Part shown: positions 56,458 through 64,000 of the stretch, piece by piece | Layout of the letters: the number at the start of each line of letters is the position of its first letter | Position numbering within the stretch: the first letter of the stretch is position 1 | Source of the DNA: Octopus vulgaris | Lineage: Eukaryota | Assembly (NCBI GenBank): GCA_951406725.2 | Contig: OX597815.1 | Location: 194,246,001-194,310,000, forward strand | Length of the DNA: 64,000 nt | Direction: 5' to 3' | The notes under the pieces: model-generated | What the model saw: only the letters and a program-made list of their open reading frames with translations | Databases searched by the model: none | Told to the model about the DNA's origin: nothing | Program-made: the position numbers and the translations under genes

Positions 56458-57745
56458 CGAGGGACGTTCAATAAGTAATGCCTCTGACCCACTTGCAGTT
56501 ATTTGATCTAGCTGAAATTTTGCATGTGCAATTATTTATATCTCTATAGAATAAGTGGCAAATTACAGCTCTGAATTAATTGTGGTTTCTGATTTACAGG
56601 TGTTTGAACCGAGTCAAGTGTGAAATGGAGCCTGTTGAGTGTCGAGCAGTGATCCGGTTTTTGTATTTGAAAGGACGCACACCACGGGAGACTTTTGATG
56701 AAATGAAAGTAACTTATGGTGATGATGACCCATCATATGACCTTGTAAAACGCTGGCATCGTGAATTCAAACATGGTCGGAACTCTGTGGAAACAGCTCC
56801 CAGATCTGGTCGCCCCTTCTGCCATTGATGAGGCATCTGTCCGTCAAATTGAGGCTGGCATTTTGGAAGATCGACGCATAATTATTCGCCAAATAGCCCA
56901 TGAGGTCAAGATTAGTACCGGGTCTGTGGAAACTATCATTCATGACCATTTGCATATGCAAAAGGTGTCTGCCAGATGGATTCCCAGGTTGCTCACGCCT
57001 TTCCAGAAGCAAGAACGCGTCGAGTGCTCGAGGGTGAATTTGGAGATGTGCCAAGATGAGTCAAAATTTTTCAAAAGACTGATTACACAGGATGAAACCT
57101 GGGTCAATCACGATGTTCCAGAGACCAAAGCCCAGTCAATGCAGTGGAAGCACCGTGACTCACCCCCCCTCAAAGAAGGCAAGGGTGCAGCCCTCCGCTG
57201 GCAAGGTCATGCTCACAGTCTTCTGGGACCAGGACGGAGTAGTGATGACAGATTTCCTGGCAAAGGGTACCACAATTGCAGGAGCCTATTATGCTTCACT
57301 TTTGAGGAAATTAAGAGAAGTTATCAAAATCAAGAGGCAGGGCAAGATCAGCAAAGGCATCCTCCTCCTGCAGGACAACGCTCCGGTCCACAACTCGCTT
57401 GTCGCCAGATCAGAAGCACAGGCGTATGGCTATGAACTCCTCCCCATCCCCCCTACTTTCCTGACCTTGCACCCTCTGATTTTCACCTCTTTCCAATCAT
57501 GAAGTTGTTTTTGAAAGGAAAGCGTTTCCCAGATGATGCAGCCTTGATTTCTGAAGTCACGTTCAGGTTGGAGGACCAAGCTGGGGTCTTCTACAAAAAC
57601 GGTCTCTAGAGCCGCATCAAACGATGGGAGAAATGCGTAACTCTGGGTGGTTCCTATGTAGAAAAAGACTAATAACTGTGCCAAGTTTCGTTGCTCTACT
57701 TCTATGGGAAGTGGGTCAGGGGCATTACTTATTGAACGCCCCTCG
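56458..57745 (+). mobile_element. Full-length mariner transposon (irritans/Himar-like), 1288 bp
   Basis: 37-bp TIRs CGAGGG(A/G)CGTTCAATAAGTAATGCC(T/C)CTGACCCACTT with 2 mismatches, TA duplication at 56456-57 and 57746-47, and an internal transposase. Confidence 0.95.
56625..57672 (+). pseudogene. Mariner transposase pseudogene (DD34D type)
   Basis: Motifs RSGRP, ARWIPRLL, ITQDETW, FWD, QDNAPVH and HPPYFPDLAPSDF are spread over several frames (about 3 frameshifts and 1 internal stop). Confidence 0.92.
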
Positions 57746-58206
57746 TACATTGTAAAGTTTATAAAATCGTTGTAACTGAATTGGGCTGAACGCGCATGGA
57801 AGACTAGTGATATGTGGATGAAAATAAGAAAATCTGACAGACTGTGCTCCAAAAGCTTGATAATAAAACAGATGGCGACAACAAACAAGCTGGAGGGATG
57901 AATTGGATAGATTAGAAAAAACAAAAATTGCAGATCGGCCACCCAAAGCTAATAAAGACAAAAGAGGGAAACTTTTACTTGTAAGTGAAAATGCAGTGGC
58001 TGATTTCATTGAGATATACTATGTAAGTGTGTTTCTTATTCATAAAAGGAATTATTTAACTAAAATCCTCTTTTTTGTAACTTCAGCTCGCCAAGAACTA
58101 TTGTTAGTCTATCACTACCACCTCCAGAATAAAATAAACGTTTAGCAATGGTGACATTTTGAAATAGCTTTCGAGAGGACAGATTCGTTAATACATGCAC
58201 ACATAC

Positions 58207-58278
<72 letters not shown>

Positions 58279-58280
<2 letters not shown>

Positions 58281-58477
58281 GAAAGAATGGAGTTGAACGA
58301 CGAATTAACAAAATTCCTTTATTTTATTTTCGACATATGTTTCGAAGGCTGCATATTCCTAATTTCGAAGGAATAAGGGATGCATTAGGCCGCCTTCTCA
58401 TCAGGAAAAGTAAGGAACTTATGTCAGCATCAAGATGCACAATAATGTTTAGATGCCTGCCCACACGGAGCCCATAT
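58279..58477 (-). mobile_element. ~200-bp hammerhead-bearing element inside (TA)n (Penelope-like pLTR or retrozyme-like)
   Basis: Contains the canonical hammerhead followed by AATAAA on the same strand, and is flanked by (TA)n at 58208-58278 and 58478-58492. Confidence 0.55.
58327..58409 (-). ncRNA. Type I hammerhead ribozyme (canonical core)
   Basis: Minus strand: TTTTC-CTGATGA-GAAGGC...TGCAT...ATTCCT tcgaaatt AGGAAT ATGCA GCCTTC-GAA-AC atat GT-C-GAAAA. All core nucleotides are present, with a 5-bp stem I, a long bulged stem II, a short stem III with palindromic loop and a GUC triplet. Confidence 0.8.
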
Positions 58478-58492
58478 GTATATATATATATA

Positions 58493-58713
58493 TTTGGTTT
58501 TGGGATTTGGTTTGCAAGATTCTTTATATGAGTACGTGTGTTGAAGCATATTCTGTTGTGTCTGGGGAGAGTCATTTTCTATTTTCTATTGAAAAGGTTG
58601 CAAGATGCAACGAAAATTTTAGGAAAATGAAAATAAGAAATAAGTTGAAATTTTACCGGTGAGTGTTAAAATTATAAGGCACAAAAGAAAATGACTCTCC
58701 CCAGACACAACAG
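58493..58713. mobile_element. Interspersed repeat with internal inversion creating 28-bp inverted repeats
   Basis: ctgttgtgtctggggagagtcattttct (58553-58580) is the reverse complement of 58686-58713. Related pieces occur at 29573-29640 plus 30129-30185 and at 54928-54996. Confidence 0.6.
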
Positions 58714-59345
58714 TATATATATATATATATATCCGTCTATGTGTGCGTTTGTGTGTGAGTGTGTGTATGTCTTTGACTTATAAGAATAAGGAAAGAATTT
58801 TAACCTTGTCAATTATCCATACGTTCTACTACATTTGGTTTTACAGAGGCATGAAACTTGATATTTTCAGGTGGAATTGATATGGTATGTAATGACAAAT
58901 CCATAACACTTCCGAGTATGTTATTGACGTCTGATTTCTAACAATTGGTTAAACCATTTTGTGTAGTATAGTAATAATATTCAATGAAGACTTGTTAAAT
59001 AATAGCTAGTGAATAGTTTTTAAAATATTCAATGAAGATTTTTGAAAGTCATTTTTAACTAAGATTATTTTTTTTATAATCTTCAACGAAGATTTGACTA
59101 AATACGAATATAAAATTAATGAGTTACATAACAAAATAAAAAAAACAACTTATGTATATGTAAGTCAGTAAACAGATGAAAACACAGAAAAACAATTTTA
59201 ATGAAACAACAGCGACAACGAATACAAACGCAATTACAACAACAAAATATTTCACAGATACCAGGCAATAAGAAATATACGCCAGACGGTTTAACTATCT
59301 TTATACATTACTAACAATAGTTACAATAACAACGACGACGTGTGG

Positions 59346-59376
<31 letters not shown>

Positions 59377-59626
59377 GAGGATGATAATGGCGTTGATCAT
59401 GGCGATAGAGAAATTGTGCTAATAACGCTGCTAAATGTTAATTATATAATAAAGAAAGATCAAGGGGGTCGGTTTATAAACAATTCTTTTGATGGTGATA
59501 ATGTTTACCAGTTTTGTCGTTCAACTGAATGCGTATGTAATAAACAATATAACAAACAAGATATACTTCCCGCCATAAAACATATTACTCTGATGGAAAC
59601 AACGATATTATCAATTTCGACTAAGA

Positions 59627-60960
59627 AGGCGGCGAGCTGGCAGAAACGTTAGCACGCCGGGCGAAATGCGTAGCTGTATTTCGTCTGCCGTTACGTTCTG
59701 AGTTCAAATTCCGTCGAGGTCGACTTTGCCTTTCATCCTTTCGGGGTCGATAAATTAAGTACCAGTTACGCACTGGGGTCGATGTAATCGACTTAATACC
59801 TATGTCTGTCCTTGTTTGTCCCCTCTATGTTTAGCCCCTTGTGGGTAGTAAAGAAATAGGTATTTTGTCTGCCGCTACGTTCTGAGTTCAAATTCCGCCG
59901 AGGTCGACTTTGCCTTTCATCCTTTCGGGGTATTTAAATTAAGTACCAGTTACGCATTGGGGTCGATATAATCGACTTAATCCGTTTGTCTGTCCTTGTT
60001 TGTCCTCTCTATGTTTAGCCCCTTGTGGGTAGTATAGAAATAGGTATTTCGTCTGCCGTTACGTTCTGAGTTCAAATTCCGCCGAGGTCGACTTTGCCTT
60101 TCATCCTTTCGGGGTCGATAAATTAAGTACCCTTTACGCACTGGGTCGATCTAATCGACTTAATCCGTTTGTCTGTACTTGTTTGTCCTCTTTGTGTTTA
60201 GCCCCTTGTGGGTAGTATAGAAATAGGTATTTCGTCTGCCGCTACGTTCTGAGTTCAAATTCCGCCGAGGTCGACTTTGCCTTTCATCCTTTCGGGGTCG
60301 ATAAATTAAGTACCAGTTACGCATTGGGGTCGATATAATCGACTTAATCCGTTTGTCTGTCCTTGTTTGTCCTCTCTATGTGTAGCCCCTTGTTGGTTTT
60401 ATAGAAATAGGTATTTCGTCTGCCGTTACGTTCTGAGTTCAAATTCCGCCGAGGTCGACTTTTCCTTTCATCCTTTCGGGGGTCGATAAATTAAGTACCA
60501 GTTACGCACTGGGGTCGATGTAATCGACTTAATACCTATGTCTGTCCTTGTTTGTCCCCTCTATGTTTAGCCCCTTGTGGGTAGTAAAGAAATAGGTATT
60601 TTGTCTGCCCTTACGTTCTGAGTTCAAATTCCGCCGAGGTCGACTTTGCCTTTCATCCTTTCGGAGTCGATAAATTAAGTACCAGTTACGCACTGGGTCG
60701 ATATAATCGACTTAATCCGTTTGTCTGTCCTTGTTTGTCCTCATTGTGTTTAGCCCCTTGTGGGTAGTAAAGAAATAGGTATTTCGTCTGCCGTTACGTC
60801 CTGAGTTCAAATTCCGCCGAGGTCGACTTTGCCTTTCATCTTTTCGGGGTCGATTAAATAAGTACCAGTTACGCACTGGGGTTTCATATAATCGACTTAA
60901 TCCGTTTGTCCTTGTTTGCCCTCTTTGTGTTTAGCCCCTTGTGGGTAACAAAGAAACAGA
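59627..60960 (+). mobile_element. SINE-C heptamer (~7 x 183 bp) with a single 14-bp TSD
   Basis: The full head GGCGGCGAGCTGGCAGAA is present only in the first unit. TATCAATTTCGACT flanks the array at 59609-22 and 60964-77. Confidence 0.9.
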
Positions 60961-61389
60961 TAATATCAATTTCGACTTAGTATCAGATAAGGCAGGAAAT
61001 TAGCAAATGCGGTCAAATTGGCAGAGTCATTAGAGCGTCGCATAAAATTCTTCGCGATATTTGCTCCAACAATCGGGCGCTGTGAGTTCGAGTCCTGCTC
61101 TAGCATAGCCGCAGTCAAATGACTGAAGCAAGTAAAAAAGAAAAGAGGAAGACAGAAGATATTATACTGAATGAAGTGAAATCTCCACTAACAACTCTAA
61201 CACGATGCTGGGAAGAGGAACCTTTGTCAATGGTCAAAGCCATCAAGTTCCCAAGACGTATTACAACGAATGTCAACAGGCCAGTAACCTAAGACGTTGA
61301 GCATGAACCACCAATGAAGTACTGAATTATTTTTCAAGGCAATTTTTTTCAAATCAATCGCTCGTATTGCATTGTACTGCTGAACCAGC

Positions 61390-61778
61390 GTGGAGGCGCA
61401 ATGGCCCAGTGGTTAGAGCAGCGGACTCGCGGTCGTAGGATCGTGGTTTCGATTCCCAGACCGGGCGTTGTGAGTGTTTATTGAGCGAAAAACACCTAAA
61501 AGCTCCACGAGGCTCCGGCAGGGGATGGTGGTGATCCCTGCTGTACTCTTTCACCACAACTTTCTCTCACTCTTACTTCCTGTTTCTGTTGTACCTGTAT
61601 TTCAAAGGGCCGGCCTTGTCACTCTCTGTGTCACGCTGAATATCCCCGAGAACTACGTTAAGGGTGCACGTGTCTGTGGAGTGCTCAGCCACTTACACGT
61701 TAATTTCACGAGCAGGCTGTTCCGTTGATTCTGATCAACCGGAACCCTCATCGTCGTAACCGACGGAGTGCTTTCCAT
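61390..61778 (+). mobile_element. SINE-A, tail type 1, full length
   Basis: Near-identical to 23215-23597, with candidate TSD TGCTGAACC (61378-86 / 61779-87). Confidence 0.9.
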
Positions 61779-61902
61779 TGCTGAACCGAACATTTGACAT
61801 CGCGTTAGCTCATCTTCCTATCCAGGTTACGTACCAGAGGATCTGGGAATGTTGCCTGTGATCAACTGATGTTATTGTCATAGTTGTTTAAGTGGTGAAG
61901 CT

Positions 61903-63203
61903 ATGTGGCTTAGTGATTAGGGTACGCGGCTCACGATCGTAAGGTTGTGAGTTCGATTCCCCGGCGGCGCATTGTGTCCACGTTTCTCCAGTCCACTCAG
62001 CTGACAAAAAAGTTGTACCTGCATTTCAAATTGCCAGATTTGTCACATTCTGTGTCACGCTGGATCTCCTTGAGAACTACGTTAAGGGTACACGTGTCTG
62101 TGGAGTACTCAGCCACGTTAATTTCACGTTGTGTGTCTGTGGAGTGCTCAGCCACGTTAATTTCACGTTGAGTGTCGGTGGAGTGCTCAGCCACGTTAAT
62201 TTCACGTTGAGTGTCTGTAGAGTGCTCAGCCACGTTAATTTCACGTTGAGTGTCTGTGGAGTGCTCAGCCACGTTAATTTCACGTTGAGTGTCTGTGGAG
62301 TGCTCAGCCACGTTAATTTCACGTTGAGTGTCTGTGGAGTGCTCAGCCACGTTAATTTCACGTTGAGTGTCTGTGGAGTGCTCAGCCACGTTAATTTCAC
62401 GTTGAGTGTCTGTAGAGTGCTCAGCCACGTTAATTTTACGTTCAGTGTCTGTGGAGTGCTCAGCCACGTTAATTTCACGTTGAGTGTCTGTGGAGTGCTC
62501 AGCCACGTTAATTTCACGTTGTGTGTCTGTGGAGTGCTCAGCCACGTTAATTTCACGTTGAGTGTCTGTGGAGTGCTCAGCCACGTTAATTTCACGTTGA
62601 GTGTCTGTGGAGTGCTCAGCCACGTTAATTTCACGTTGAGTGTCTGTGGAGTGCTCAGCCACGTTAATTTCACGTTGAGTGTCTGTGGAGTGCTCAGCCA
62701 CGTTAATTTCACGTTGAGTGTCTGTGGAGTGCTCAGCCACGTTAATTTCACGTTGAGTGTCTGTGGAGTGCTCAGCCACGTTAATTTCACGTTGAGTGTC
62801 TGTGGAGTGCTCAGCCACGTTAATTTCACGTTGAGTGTCGGTGGAGTGCTCAGCCACGTTAATTTCACGTTGAGTGTCGGTGGAGTGCTCAGCCACGTTA
62901 ATTTCACGTTGCATGTCTGTGGAGTGCTCAGCCATGTTAATTTCACGTTGAGTGTCTGTGGAGTGCTCAGCCACGTTAATTTCACGTTGTGTGTTTGTGG
63001 AGTGCTCAGCCACGTTAATTTCACGTTGTGTGTCTGTGGAGTGCTCAGCCACGTTAATTTCACGTTGAGTGTCTGTGGAATGCTCAGCCACGTTAATTTC
63101 ACGTTGCGTGTGTGTGTGGAGTGCTCAGCCACTTTAATTTCACGAACAGGCTTTCTCGTTGATTGGATTAACTGGAACACTCACCGTCGTAACAGACGAA
63201 GTA
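61903..63203 (+). mobile_element. tRNA-derived SINE hosting the 39-bp minisatellite
   Basis: A box TGGCTTAGTGA and B box AGTTCGATTCC; SINE-A-type tail sequence resumes after the array. Confidence 0.75.
62094..63144. repeat. Minisatellite of 27 x 39 bp (GTGTCTGTGGAGTGCTCAGCCACGTTAATTTCACGTTGA) inside a SINE
   Basis: 39-bp period with only point variants. The unit derives from the SINE-A tail seen at 23493-23533 and 61670-61710. Confidence 0.96.
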
Positions 63204-64000
63204 TTAATTCTATTTTTTGTTTAACTCCAGTTCAGCCCTGATCAACACATAGGCTCAAAATCTCACAGGCGTTCAGAACCGTGGTCACTTCATACTTTCA
63301 GGTGCTTTCTAGGACAACAGTATCTAACATATCCATTTTTTAAAAAAAAGACATCAGGGTCTAATATAGTTGTTGGTGGGATGGGGGAGTCCTTGTTGGC
63401 TTGGGTTATCTGTTATTCTATCCTGGGTAAATTTTACCCCTCATCCACTTCACGACATGAAACGTGATAAAGTAAGTCAAGCTAAATACCATTTGGCAAT
63501 TTCTTCATGAAATCTTGGAGCCATTCGTCATAGTTTTTTGTTTGTTTGTTTGTATATTTCCAAACTGCAGGGAAAACAAATTACAAAAAATAAGTAACTC
63601 AAAAAAAAAAAAAAAAGCACTGCCCTATTTCTGTTGATCTTTAAAGCTTAAGATCAAAGAGCCTCGTAGCATGTAAGAGCAATCATGTAGCATACACATC
63701 TAAAGTGTTGTTAAGACAGAAATCAACAATCAACAAGACACCAGAAATTTATCAAGTGCAAACCAATCATAAACGGCTACATGGCTTTTCGTACGAAGGA
63801 TTATACCAAAAAGTTATGTCATCTCACTGCTTTCCTGCCTAGTTTTATGCGGCGTTCTTGAATATTTAAGCACTTTAGATTGATAAAGCACCCGCGAGTC
63901 TCACATCAGGTGTTTTCTAGCTGCAATTATCTTAAATGCGTCTGATAAGCGATATATAAAGAGCTGATGAAAATAAGCTTTCGTATTATGTTTTCGGTTT

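Noticed and set aside
59680-59860. Hammerhead within the 183-bp SINE-C unit (retrozyme model)
   Set aside because: No CTGANGA...GAAA core with stems on either strand of the unit; none was seen in the 259-bp unit either.
62094-63144. CRISPR array
   Set aside because: Head-to-tail units with no unique spacers, SINE-derived, no cas genes, eukaryotic context.

Overview
This window is eukaryotic, repeat-dominated DNA. The tRNA-derived SINE families and the extreme microsatellite load point to an octopus genome (inference). One host gene is supported: a minus-strand spondin-2/mindin-like gene. It has two phase-compatible coding exons (33501-32313 and 9033-8822) joined across a 23.3-kb intron, an unusual Thr/Lys/Gln-rich mucin-like stalk before the Spondin_N domain, and a candidate promoter and non-coding exon near 39.1-39.6 kb; later exons probably lie left of the window. 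The rest is mobile DNA: three abundant SINE superfamilies (called A, B and C here), three mariner relics, MITEs, a Helitron, a Helentron/DINE-1-like element, Dong/R4-, RTE- and CR1-type LINE fragments, and SINE-derived tandem arrays (259, 217, 184/183 and 39 bp units). The most notable signals are a canonical type I hammerhead ribozyme (58327-58409, minus), two minimal hammerhead-like motifs in short elements inside (TA)n, and multimeric SINE-C insertions with fixed junctions under a single target-site duplication. Almost all ORFs in the supplied track are artefacts of simple repeats. No CRISPR or prokaryotic features are present.
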